Positions 40,597 through 52,454 of a stretch of 64,000 nt of DNA are shown here, one piece after another; the first letter of the stretch is position 1; each line of letters starts with the position of its first letter. This stretch comes from Azolla caroliniana. Its lineage: Eukaryota; Plantae; Polypodiophyta. Where the stretch lies: contig JBHGNT010000006.1 in the NCBI GenBank assembly GCA_043228905.1, positions 12,710,001 to 12,774,000 on the forward strand. The letters run 5' to 3'. The notes beneath the pieces were generated by a model. That model was not told the origin of the DNA and did not search any database. It worked only from the letters and a program-made list of their open reading frames with translations. The position numbers and the translations under genes are program-made.

Positions 40597-41716
40597 TTGT
40601 GGTGCATGTGAAACACGTATTTTAGCAAACTTAATATGTTTGCCTAATGCATTTACAAACATGTTAATAGTGGGGGTTGCACTAATGAATTAAGAATTGT
40701 ATCATAGAGGATGAATTATTTTGAATCAACTTGAAATGCTACTGGAAAACGATAGTTTATAATTGAATTGTATACGTTGATATATTGTTGGATCAGAGCA
40801 ATTCTTTGAGCCACCTTTGGGGTTTCCATTATTTTCCACAAATGCCCCACAAATCTTGTAAATTTCTCTAGTGCATTTGGTCAATGAGAAGATCCTGAGA
40901 TGTAGTTTTAGCAACCGAATTTTAGGGACATTTGGGGAATTAAGAAAAAATGCAGTTGTATTTCAAAGTTGCTCCCTTCACATAATATACATTAATTCGC
41001 TATTACATAAATATAATATGCTTCATGCAAATGATTTTCATGGCATGGCAAAGAGGTCTTAAAGATGCTCCCCAAAAGAATAAGAAATGTTCATCACGTT
41101 GTGTTGTGTTGTGTTGTGCCTATTATGAATACAAGTTTGAAAGTTATTGATAATTGCTTTGGAATTTTCACTTTGTGAATGATCATAATCTACAAACATA
41201 ACAGGGGGCCATACTTCATCTGCGAATTCGATAACTCTACAACTACATCCATATATCATTTATGGGACCAAATAGCTCCATAACTTTGGCATCATTGCAT
41301 CAAATAGCCATTGATGGTCACATACTAGTCCAAAATTTATTCTTGTGAACGCCTACAAAATGCATTTGTTCTAACATAACCTTAAAAAGCTCAAACTCCG
41401 TCCAAGAATTTTTCTGTGAAATTGTTGCTTTTGTTGTCATGAAAACACTACTAGACCACAACCAATTCCATGAACTCGAGAACTAATCCAATTGGTGATG
41501 ATGATGGGCATGAATATAGTGTTGCGGGCCATTCTAATTACAATGGGAAGTAGCAGTGGTGGTAGTGTTGTTTATGACTACTACTACTGTTGCTGTTGTT
41601 ACTGCCAATGCTTCAAGCCCCACCTGCACCGAGCTCCAACATATAGAGTGGTTACTCTATCCCCTCATTTGATGACCATCACACTTTCTGCATTGACTGA
41701 TCTTCGCAATACAATA

Positions 41717-41753
<37 letters not shown>

Positions 41754-42053
41754 GACACTAAAAAAATATCCATTTGTGAGATAACCTTAGGAAGGAGTCT
41801 ATCTCGATCTTCCATGAATATTAAAAGATACATATCTACAAGATAAACTTAGGAAGGAGAAGAGATATTTCCTAAGGTGTTCATGAAAAGGTTAATCCCA
41901 GAAAGTGCTTCGTGGGGTATGTAGTGTGAAACTATGCTACCAGTTCTACTTCCGGGACAAGGCTCTTTCTTTATATCTCATCCACATAATTTATTGTCTG
42001 AGAAACATAAGATATTTTAATATATATCCCACATATCTGCATCCAAATTTCTT

Positions 42054-44540
42054 TCAACAGTTGGGTTTATATGCACAGATCAACTGCCTTTGGCCCAACA
42101 GCCACATTTGGTTCATCAGATATGCTGCATCGTCGAATCTTCGAGACTGTGCATACAAATTTGAGAGTGTTACAAATGATGTTGAACCTTTGGGAGAGAG
42201 ATCATGAGCCCGCTTAGCTGCGCATTCTCCTCTCTCCAAATCATGCTGCGCTTGGCATCCACCAAGTATAGTTAGCCATGATACTGCATTGGCACTCATA
42301 GGCATGTTCGAAATTATATGCTCAGCAAACTCTAATCTCCCTACCCTTGTGAAGAGATCAATGAGGCAGTTATAATGATCCACTGTCACACTAATGTTAT
42401 CTTGATGTTTCATACAGCAAAACACATGAATGGCCTCCTCTATCAGACCACAATGGCTGCATGCAACAAGAATCTCGGCATAAGCCACCTTGTCTAGAAC
42501 ATGGCCTTCATTTAGAAGATGCTGAAAGTGAGAAAAAGCTTCGTCCCCTTGCCCATGTTGGGCACATGCTGCTATCTGTGCAGTCCATGAGACCAGGTTT
42601 CGCATGGAGAACATATCGAATACCTTCCTAGCATCATATAGGCTACTGCACTTGCTGTACATGGTCACAAGCGCATTTTGAACCATAGGGTCTTTCCCAA
42701 ATCTAGTTTCAAGAACATAAGTATGTGCATGCTTAGCATGAGACAAGGCTAGTTGGTTTGAACATGCTGAAAGAACGCATAAAATGGCTGCTTTATCAAC
42801 ACCCATTCCTTCCCATTGCATCCTTTCAAACAGCAGCATGGCCTCTTTTGCATAGCCTTGTTCTGCATATGCTGCAATCATGGCCGTCCATGAACACTCA
42901 TTTCGTTCAGGCATTCCAGAAAAGATCATGTATGCATGTTCTAGATAACCACATTTCCCATACATGTTCAGAAGGGCGGTCTCTACAGTCATCTCTGAAT
43001 CTTTCTTGCTTCCGACAAGGAGGGCATGTACAATTTTGCCCTCAATTAAGGTTTTTCGATTAGCGCACCCCAAAATTACATTCACAAAAGTGCAGGTCAT
43101 GTATGGTAGAATTCCTTCTTGTAGCATCTGGTGAAAGAAGTGAAGGGCAGGTATTGTCATTACAGCATGCTGGCAGCTATGTGCAGAAATAATAGCATTC
43201 CATGTCAAAAGATCGTGTTCAAAGCTCTCAAAGATATTATGTGCATCGTGGAAGCTTCCACATTTGGAATACATGTAGATAAGGTTGCTGGCAATATTGT
43301 CATCGGTCTCTGCGAACTCACCACCACCATCATAATTTACAATATGCACATGCAATCGTTTAGATTGCTTCAAGTCTGTGTGACCAAGGATAGGCAAAAG
43401 GGTTCGAAAAGTAGCTCGATTTGCTAACACACCTTCTTGATTGAGGTGATGAAAAAGGTGAAACGCATGGTTTCCATCATTATGCTTTATATACGACACA
43501 ATCATAGCATTCCATGAAACCACATTGCTACGACAAGGCATTTTGTCAAAAAGGTTCCTAGCTGTCCTCAATTCTCCGCATTTCCCATACATATTTATGA
43601 GTGTATTTACCAATACAAGATCATCATCAAGCTTGTTCTCTCCTCCTATGCAGCTCAAGCGAGCATGCATTTGTTTACCTTGGTATAGAAATGTACGATT
43701 GGTACATGCAGAAATGATGGTTATGAACGTTACATTGTTGGGAAGTGCATCTTCCATCATCATTTGAAGGTAGTAAGTGATCGCTTTTTGAGCTTCATCA
43801 TTCTGGACATAACCGGAGATGATAGCATTCCAAGTGGCCTCCATCTTCTCATTCATACCATCAAGCATAAAACTTGCATCTTCAAGATGAGCACATTTTA
43901 CATACATATTGATGATAGCATTCACTAGCACCACGTCTAACGGTAGAAAATAAACAACTATGAGGATATGAACATGTCTACCAGTGGTGAGATCTTTCAT
44001 TTCTGCACAAGCTGAAAGAATACTTGCTAAGATGAACTCATCGAGTTTAGCAACTTCTTCAAGAAGCATTCGATGGAAGAGGCAAAAAGCTTCACTGAAG
44101 AATCCATGGCGTGTGTGTGAAGAAATGATGAAATTCCATGAGAATTTGTCTCGAAATTCGGACATCTTTTCGAAGAGAAGGTACGCATCTTGCAGTGAAG
44201 CACAACATCCATACATGTAAAGAAGCAAGTTTGATAAAAGCTTGTTACGTTCGAAGCCATGCGAAACAAGGAGAGAGTGAATATCTCTTCCACTAAGAAG
44301 AGCCTTTTCTTGAGCACACAAACGTAGAGAAGATGCCAAGGTGAAGGTACTTACCTCGTGATGATCGGCAGAAGATGTTGTTTTCGAAAAGGGTTGTCGA
44401 ATATGGGTAGTCCTAGTGGAATAAGAAGTATAGTGGATCCGAATTCTCAAGCTGAACCAGAAGAAGAAGAAGAAGCATGAGTTGGGCTTCTTAAGTAATC
44501 TTGGAAGTAATGATGCTTCAGGACACAGAGGAGGCACCAT
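42054..44540 (-). CDS. PLS-class PPR protein with E domain and no DYW (organellar RNA-editing factor type), intronless, 828 aa
   Basis: Repeated NxLIxMYxKCG and VSWNAMI motifs; ACSHCGL...HYNCLIDLFTRVG; E motif SWLTILGGC...FVTLSNLYA. Confidence 0.92.
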   Translation of the reverse strand: MVPPLCPEASLLPRLLKKPNSCFFFFFWFSLRIRIHYTSYSTRTTHIRQPFSKTTSSADHHEVSTFTLASSLRLCAQEKALLSGRDIHSLLVSHGFERNKLLSNLLLYMYGCCASLQDAYLLFEKMSEFRDKFSWNFIISSHTRHGFFSEAFCLFHRMLLEEVAKLDEFILASILSACAEMKDLTTGRHVHILIVVYFLPLDVVLVNAIINMYVKCAHLEDASFMLDGMNEKMEATWNAIISGYVQNDEAQKAITYYLQMMMEDALPNNVTFITIISACTNRTFLYQGKQMHARLSCIGGENKLDDDLVLVNTLINMYGKCGELRTARNLFDKMPCRSNVVSWNAMIVSYIKHNDGNHAFHLFHHLNQEGVLANRATFRTLLPILGHTDLKQSKRLHVHIVNYDGGGEFAETDDNIASNLIYMYSKCGSFHDAHNIFESFEHDLLTWNAIISAHSCQHAVMTIPALHFFHQMLQEGILPYMTCTFVNVILGCANRKTLIEGKIVHALLVGSKKDSEMTVETALLNMYGKCGYLEHAYMIFSGMPERNECSWTAMIAAYAEQGYAKEAMLLFERMQWEGMGVDKAAILCVLSACSNQLALSHAKHAHTYVLETRFGKDPMVQNALVTMYSKCSSLYDARKVFDMFSMRNLVSWTAQIAACAQHGQGDEAFSHFQHLLNEGHVLDKVAYAEILVACSHCGLIEEAIHVFCCMKHQDNISVTVDHYNCLIDLFTRVGRLEFAEHIISNMPMSANAVSWLTILGGCQAQHDLERGECAAKRAHDLSPKGSTSFVTLSNLYAQSRRFDDAAYLMNQMWLLGQRQLICAYKPNC

Positions 44541-44751
44541 GCAAAAAGTTCACTCGTGCTTCACATTCTTAGCTTTTCTTATGAACCGATTCTTCCACAA
44601 TCTCTCTCTGCGATTGGGGACGATCATGATTCATGATAATGATGCGTCCGTCTCCCACACTCATTGCTGGGGAGAGATTTGGGGCCAAACTCTCCCAAGA
44701 AAAGACAACCCACACCCAAAAGACTACCACCGCTGCTACTACCACTACGAC

Positions 44752-45040
44752 TAGGAATCGGCTCAGCTCAAGCCTAAACCGAATTGTTAAACCGGTTTAG
44801 GCAGTTCGGTTTAGGCTTCACCTACCTTAACCGCCCGCTTTGACCTCGGTTTGGGATGGCTCGAGCTGAACCAAATCGATTTGGGCCAAACCGTTTCCCA
44901 CACCGGTTAAGGCTTAATCGGCTTGGCTAAAAACCGGTTTGGTTCAAGTCTAGAAACTCCCAAATCGGTTTAGGGTTAACCGGTTTGGTTTGGGCTAGGC
45001 CAAACAGGTTAAGCCGAAACCGAATTGTTGTTGATTCCTA
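44752..45040. mobile_element. hAT-like MITE (289 bp)
   Basis: TIRs TAGGAATC...GATTCCTA; internal AAACCG/CGGTTT motifs; degenerate 8-bp TSD ACTACGAC/ACGAGGAC. Confidence 0.7.
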
Positions 45041-45319
45041 ACGAGGACTACATACGTATGTACGTATGTATATCCATGCGTACATACATACATACATGGT
45101 AGTACATATGCTCATGTCTAGTTGCAACCAAATAATAAATAGGCCTTCATGGCGAGGGTATCGCAACCATGGATGGTGTAGGGTGCATTTCTGAGGGCAT
45201 GTGCAATACTGACTCAAACATGAGCATGGAATTTTAACTGAACTGGATTCTATCTATGTAACTACTAGGTTACATGTTTAACAAGATTAGTACAACTAGT
45301 TGAGCGTGATATCTCAACA

Positions 45320-46196
45320 CATTGGAACGAAAGAAAACAATGCATCAAAGAGAGAAGTCATTGAAGAAGCCAGAACAATACATGTGTCTAATGATCCATA
45401 GTATGGGCTAGAAGAAGATGTGTCTAGCTCACATTAGGAGGCTTCCTAAAGACGTCAGTGACAAATGTCTAGTTCAAATGCACTTGGTTGGTTGCTTGGT
45501 CTATAATGGGATGGTTAAACCTCATGTCTTCATTACTCACCTGAATGTCCACAATGACTCCAACTTGACAATTATTGTGATTTAGAGGGTTTTGATGTGT
45601 TGTTGGGACCACCCCTTGCCCCTTGTTCTCTACATCCAACTAGACAATAGTGCTAGGAAGAATAAGAATTCAACTATCTTCGAATATTTGAGTATGTTGG
45701 TGGATCAAGAAGTGTATAGGAAAGTGAAAGTTAACTTCCTTTTGGTTGGTCACACACATGACCATATTGATCAAATACTTAGTACATTCTCAAGACAGTT
45801 ATCTCGATTTGATGCTTTCACATTGCCGAAGTTATTTGATGTCATATGTGATGCATATACGTTGCGTCTGAAAGTGTTCCACATAAAAAAGATATATGAC
45901 TTGTATAGATATATATATCAGATAGTGGTGAGGGGAATGTTAAAGTTTTAGCCCTATTAAACAATATAAGCTTTAATCACTTTTTATTGAACAGTATTCC
46001 TCTTCCTCGCAATGGGAGCCTCAAGGCGGCTTTTAGTTCTTGCTTCATATACCATCTCCTATGGTTTATGGTGCAAAACAAATGCCAATTGAGACAAAAA
46101 AGGAAATTTTGGATGCAAACCTTAAAAGACAAAAGGAAGTATATTGATAATGCAAAGAAGTACGTTGCACAATAAGATGCCTCATGGTGGTACGTG
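45320..46196 (+). pseudogene. Degenerate paralogue of the DDD transposase at 52455-55026
   Basis: LERKKTMHQREK...QLDNSARKNKN...FLLVGHTHDHIDQ...KYVAQ*DASWWYV, colinear with the other copy; ends at the Gypsy LTR. Confidence 0.88.
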
Positions 46197-49100
46197 TGTC
46201 ATGATATGGGATGGCATGGCTCCAAAAGGATTTGAAACCATGACCTTGTGTTACAAGGGTTGAACCTTTACCATTAAACCATGCAATGTAATACAAAAAA
46301 TATTATTTTCATTTATTATTTCACTATAGGAAATTCATGTATATTCTAGATTTCTCTGGAACATTCTAGAAACTTTAGGAGTACTCCTAACAGTACTATA
46401 AATAGAGGCACATGCATTATTAAGAACCATTCGGTTCAACACCAGTCTTAAGCCTCCTAGATGTTCTTGTATCTTTCTTCATATAACATAATATACTTAT
46501 TGTTGTCATCATTATCTCTCTCTCTCTCTCTCTCCCCCCCCCCCCCCCCCCCCCTCTCGTGATTCTCACACACTCTTTCCCTTCTAGTACTAATCCTCAT
46601 TCTTCTCCTCTATCTTTAGTACTAATTCTCCTTGCCTCTAGTACTATCCCTAACAGTTTGAACCTAACTTCCCTTCAGCTTCGTATCCCTCCTTCGCTTC
46701 ATACTAATCTTCTTATCCTTCCTTCCTCCAATACCATGGAAACTATTAACACTCACGAATACCAATCTGTTTTCTCGGAGCTGCAGTGCTTGAAATAAAG
46801 GTTTGTAGCACTAGAACAAGAAAATCAATGGTTGTTGGGGGATCTTCAACAAATCTCTCTAGGAAAGCAGCAAACGCAACAACAACACGGGGAGTTGGCG
46901 TTACGTGTGCAACAACTTGAAGCAACCATTGTGTCATTGCAACAACAAGGACCAAGTACTCAAGGGATTCATAAAGAACCCAAGATCGGTCTTCCGATGA
47001 CATTTGATGGAACACGATCACAATTCAAAGGATTTCTTAATCAGGTACAGACTCTGGTGATTCAAATGCATCCTTCCCGATATCCCACCGATGCTTAGTG
47101 CACAACTTTGGCATGGTTTGCTCCTTTGTGAGAAAAAGAATCTCCATTGCTAAATAATTTTGAGGAATTTATTAGCAATTTTAAAGCATGTTTCAGAGAC
47201 ATCGACAACACGACAATCAATAAAATCCGAAGATTGCATCAAGGTGATCGTCTAGCCTCAACTTACGCTGCGGATTTTCGTCTACTCGCCACTGATATTC
47301 CCTAGGATGACCTAGCATTGATGGAGCAATTTCGATATGGCCTGTGAAATGATGTCAAAGACTTACTCTTGACTTTCCCCGAACAACCAAAGTCGCTCAC
47401 AGAGGCAATCAGTCCAGTGGTATGTTGCGATAACAGGCTTTTTGAACGACGTTCGGAACGTCAGTTACAAATGCCAAGAACAAGGTCGGAGCGCACAAAC
47501 ACCTACGTCGTAGCAAAACCATTTGCAAGGGAGTCATATAATGTGTCTCCAGCAAATACTCCAACATTGATGGAAATCGAAACCACAGGTCGTCGTGGAC
47601 CATTATCGGAAGAAGAAAAGCAACGACACCGAGCAAATCCACTATGTCTTTATTGCGGTGGACCGGGCATATTGTAGTGAACTGTCCTCATAGGCCGAGA
47701 AGACAAGTAAATCAACTAGCCGCTAGTACTAATAGTACTAAACCTGAGTCTATTTCATTAGGAGTGTCTAATAGTCCTAATAGCCCAAGCCTAGCAAACA
47801 AATTTGAAATCCTTAGTCAACTAGAAGAAGAGTTAAACAACTAAGTCTAGCCAAAATAGGAGTCGTTTGGTTGGACAACCCTAGATCTGTGCGGCCCATT
47901 AGTGGTTCCATTCCCTCTAAGCAAGTTAGCAATGTCTTCCTAGCTCAAGTAACAATTAGTACTAAAAGTAACCCTCCAGTACATGTCTTAGCACTCCTAG
48001 ATTCCAGAGCCAAATCTTGCTTCATGGATAAGAATTTCATCCAAGCTCATCAGATATCTCTAAGAAAACTCCCTTGCCCAGCTTTTGCAGTAGTCATTGA
48101 TCGTTGCCTCATTGCTTCTGGAAATATCATAGAAGAATCAGAGCTGATTAGTGTTTTCCTAAATAATTTAGCATGTGTGGTATCATTTAATATAATTAGT
48201 AGTCTAGAGCATCCAATAGTTTTGGGGTTACCATGGTTGAAATTACACAATTCGAACATAGATTGGAGTACAAGAGAAATCAAGTATCGACAATCTCGCG
48301 GATCTACTCACAAGATTTCAACCATTTTGCTACATCAATTGCGTGAGGAAGGACGCAAGGGATCAATGCTTGTATTCGTAGTATTAGTGAAACCTTCCAA
48401 CACTGCTAAGGAGGAATCAACAATTCAACTTCCAAAGAAGTATCATCATTATGTCGACGTTTTTGATAAGGTAAAAGCTAGTACTCTTCCTCACCATCGA
48501 CTGTATGATTGTCCCATTGATTTACAACCAAGAAAAGAGCCACTGTGGGGACCGATCTACAACTCGTCACCAACCGAACTTGAAGTTCTTCGAGCCTACA
48601 TAAAGGAAAATTTGGCAAATGGGTTCATGCGACATTTGAAATCTCCAGCTAGCGCACCTATTTTCTTCGTCAAGAAAAAAGACGGCTCACTTCGTCTAGT
48701 CATGGATTACCGTGGCTTGAATAAGGTCACCATCAGGAATAGGTATGCACTTCCCCTAATCTCAAGTCTTTTAAAAAGGATTAATGGCCTAAAGTTTTTC
48801 ACAAAAATTGATTTACGAGGAGCATATAACCTCGTATGGATTCGACCGGGAGATGAATGAAAGACAACATTCCACACCCGATCTGGGTTGTTCAAGTATA
48901 CGGTTATGCCATTCGGCCTCACCAATGTGCCAACAGTCTTCCAGCACATGACAAATGATATATTCCGAGATCTTTTGCACATTTGTTTGATCATCTACTT
49001 GGATGATCTACTAGTTTATTCAAAGACATAGGAGGAGCATGATTCTCATGTACTATTAGTACTAAGACGACTACGAGAACATGGTCTTTATGCGAAGCTG

Positions 49101-49798
49101 GAAAAGGGTAGTTTTGATTGTAACCAGGTGGAATTTCTAGGCTATGTCATCTCCTCGGAAGACATATCTATGGATCCAGCTAAAGTCCAAACTGTGTTAG
49201 AGTGGCAAACTCCACGTTCGTTGTGAGATGTGCAATGATTTTTAGGATTTGCAAATTTCTATTGCAAGTTTATACAAGACTACTCAAAACTTATTTGATC
49301 TCTCACACAACTTACAAAGAAGGGACAGTCATTTGTTTGGTCTAAGGAAGCGGACACCGCTTTTGAAGGTCTCAAGAAAGCATTTACATCGGCTCCTGTT
49401 CTAGCTCATGCTGATCTGCAAAAACCATTTATCATTGAAGCGGACGCATCAAATTTCGCCCTCGGTAGTATTTTGTCACAGCAAGGCGATGATGAGGAGC
49501 TACATCCCATGGCTTTTCCTGTGTTTTTGTTGACCTTTTGACCGGTGCAAGGAGTGTGGAATGGTGAAGACATCGGTGGGTTGTAGATAGGTTGAGAGGG
49601 GAAAGGAGTGGCTATGGAGGGGGGAGAGAGACGAAACCACCAAGGACGATTTGAGCGCACCCGAATCATAGACATAACTTGGTGAAAGCGAGGATTAGAC
49701 GAGATAGGGGGAGGGGAGAGGGAGATGAGGAATCAAACACTAATAATAAACTCTACATAAGATTAAATCACTAAAAAAGATTAAAACATACCCATAAG

Positions 49799-49836
<38 letters not shown>

Positions 49837-50173
49837 ATAGTAAAACTAATTTTCATTAAGAGAGGGTTTACAATGAGATAGGGGAAATGGGAATGGCCAC
49901 GAGCAAACTAGTTTCGCCCCCTATGGGGCTCATCAGTGCTAAGTGGCCTTTGGGGGTTGACGATGTTTATATAGGAAGGTTTAGGAGAGGCTTTAGAAAA
50001 ATGAAAATAAGGAGTGGGGAGTGGAGGTGTGCTAATGGGTATGATTGAAAAGGGGAAGATTTGCCTAAGAAGAAAAAAGATTTTATGGGTTTTAATGTGA
50101 TAAATGGAAGATTTTGGTATAGGGAAGAGGTTATAATGTAAAAGGGGGAATAGGTGAGATGATCAGAATGGAA

Positions 50174-50228
<55 letters not shown>

Positions 50229-52452
50229 TGAGTATACATACATAAGGGGAGAGAGGATGGGGAAACGTGAAAAAAGTAAGAGAGAGAGAGAGAGAGAGAG
50301 TAACAAGGGAGAGCGATGAGAGAGATGTGTGTAAACTAGAAAAAGTAAGAGAGAGAAATAGGAAAGAGGAGAGAGGGAGAGAGAGAGGTGTGGGACAAGA
50401 GGAAGGATATAGAGTTAGGAAGAGGATAGGGAGGGGTAGGGTAAGAAAAAGTAAAACATGTATAAAGGTAAAAAATAAAATAAAAATAGAAAGGCGGAGA
50501 AAGTAAAAAGTAAAAGGAGGGACTTCAAAAGAATAGGCAAAGGATTTAGAGAACGGACGAGAAGGGGTAAGGTAACAAAAAAGTGAGGTGAGAGTAAAAA
50601 ATGAGAACATGGGCGAGGGTAGCACATTGAAAAAGGAATATGAAAATTAAAGGGTATATTGTAATAAGAAAAACATAGAGGGGCGCAAGGGAAAAAGGGA
50701 AAGAAAATTAAAATGAAAAAATAAAAAAACTAACATAAGGAAGGAAGAGAAGAAAAGAAAAAGGGGGAACAAGAAAAACAAAAATTAAGCTAAAGGGGGT
50801 GAGAATAAAAAGGGCTAAAAATTAAAAAGTCAAGGAAAAAATGGGGAGGGGTAGGGAAAGAAATATGAGAAAGTAGGCAAGGGGTATGGATAAAAGTATG
50901 AGAAATGAATAGAAGATAAAAAGGAAAATTAGGGTTTAGGGTTTAGGGTATAATCTATAGGAGCGTTAAGAAGAAAAGAGAGAGTTAGGATATGAAATGT
51001 TAAAAGAGGGGAAATATTAAAAGGAGGTAAGAGAGAGGGGGAAATAAGGAATACGCGAGATGATAGAAGGGAAGGAAAGAGGGGAGAGAGAGGGAGAGGA
51101 ATGAGTAGACATAAGGGGATTGAGTAGATCTATGAGGATCTAGGGTTGGAAAACGTGAAAAAAGTAGGAGAGAGAAAGGAAAGAGGAGAGAGGTAAGGGT
51201 CCAGGTGGAATTTCTAGGCTATGTCATCTCCTCGGAAGACATATCTATGGATCCAGCTAAAGTCCAAACTGTGTTAGAGTGGCAAAATCCACGTTCGTTG
51301 TGAGATGTGCAATGAGTTTTAGGATTTGCAAATTTCTATCGCAAGTTTATATAGGACTACTCAAAACTTATTTTATCGCTCACACAACTTACAAAGAAGG
51401 CACAATCATTTGTTTGGTCTAAGGAAGCGGACACCGCTTTTGAAGGTCTCAAGAAAGCATTTACATCGGCTCTTGTTCTAACTCATGCTGATATGCAAAA
51501 ACCATTTATCATTGAAGCAGACGCGTCAGATTTCGCCCTCGGTAGTATTTTGTCACAGCAAGGCAATGATGAGAAGCTACATCCCATGGCTTTTCCACTT
51601 GCACAAATTTGACGCCGCTGAAATCAACTACGAGATACATGATGAGGAGCTATTAGCAATAGTGAACTCCTTTGCACAATGGATGCATTTTTCAGAAGGA
51701 TATCCTCATCAGGTCACTATATTTAGTGATCACAAGAATCTTGCCTACTTCCAGAATGCTCGTGTGTTAAATAGACGACAAGCTCGGTGGGATCAATTCC
51801 TCACTCATTTCGACTTCAAGATTACATATCATTTGGGCAAGCAACAGGGGAAGGCAGAATCTGCATTATCACGACGCTCGTATATAGCTCTTCGTCCTGG
51901 TGATCCAACCTTCGACAATCAAAAGCAAGTAATCATGGGTCCAACACGACTTCAAGCAACACGGGTTTTTGACACTCCATTGGATTCCCGCAATATCGAT
52001 ACCATACATGAAGATTTGAAGACAGATGTTTTTGCTCAAGCTATTCTAGATCAAATCGATCCCTCTCGAGCATCTTGTTCACAGTCACAACAACCACGTA
52101 TGGATTATCAATAATTCAAATGTCATGATGGTTTACTCTTCTTTAAGAAACTTTTGTATGTTACCGATGGTTCTTGTCGCCTTTGAATAGTACAAAATTG
52201 TCATGACACATACAACCGGACATTTTGGTAGTACTAAAACATTGGATTTAGTAAAATGATCATTTTGGTGACCACATATGCGAAGATTTTTCGAAGACTA
52301 TGTTCGGACATGTGATACATGTTGCAGAGCGAAGATGCCTAGACATCATCCATATGGTTTGTTGGAGCCGTTACTGATCCCAAGCAAACCTTGGCAATCT
52401 ATTTCTCTAGATTTTATCACAGATCTTCCGGATTCAAAGGGCTTCAATGTAA
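46197..52452 (+). mobile_element. Decayed Ty3/Gypsy element (chromovirus/Tcn1-like): 5' LTR from 46197 to ~46511, gag, PR-RT-RH-INT; 3' end lost
   Basis: TG start, TATAAATA at 46397; CLYCGGPG knuckle; LLDSRA, PIFFVKKKDGSLRL, KIDLRGAY, YLDD, EADAS, NYEIHD, PWQSISLDFIT. Confidence 0.9.
49520..51200. other. 1.68-kb purine-rich insertion flanked by a 396-bp direct duplication (49124-49519 and 51201-51596)
   Basis: Both flanks run CCAGGTGGAATTTC...CATGGCTTTTCC; insert has (GA)n tracts and TTAGGGTTTAGGGTTTAGGG at 50929-50948. Confidence 0.85.
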
Positions 52453-52454
52453 TT

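Noticed and set aside
49967-50627. Hydrophobic L/S/F-rich or R/E-rich ORFs
   Set aside because: Artefacts of GA-rich strand skew.
50929-50948. Telomere or chromosome-fusion scar
   Set aside because: Only about three units; telo-box-sized motifs are common in plant genomes.
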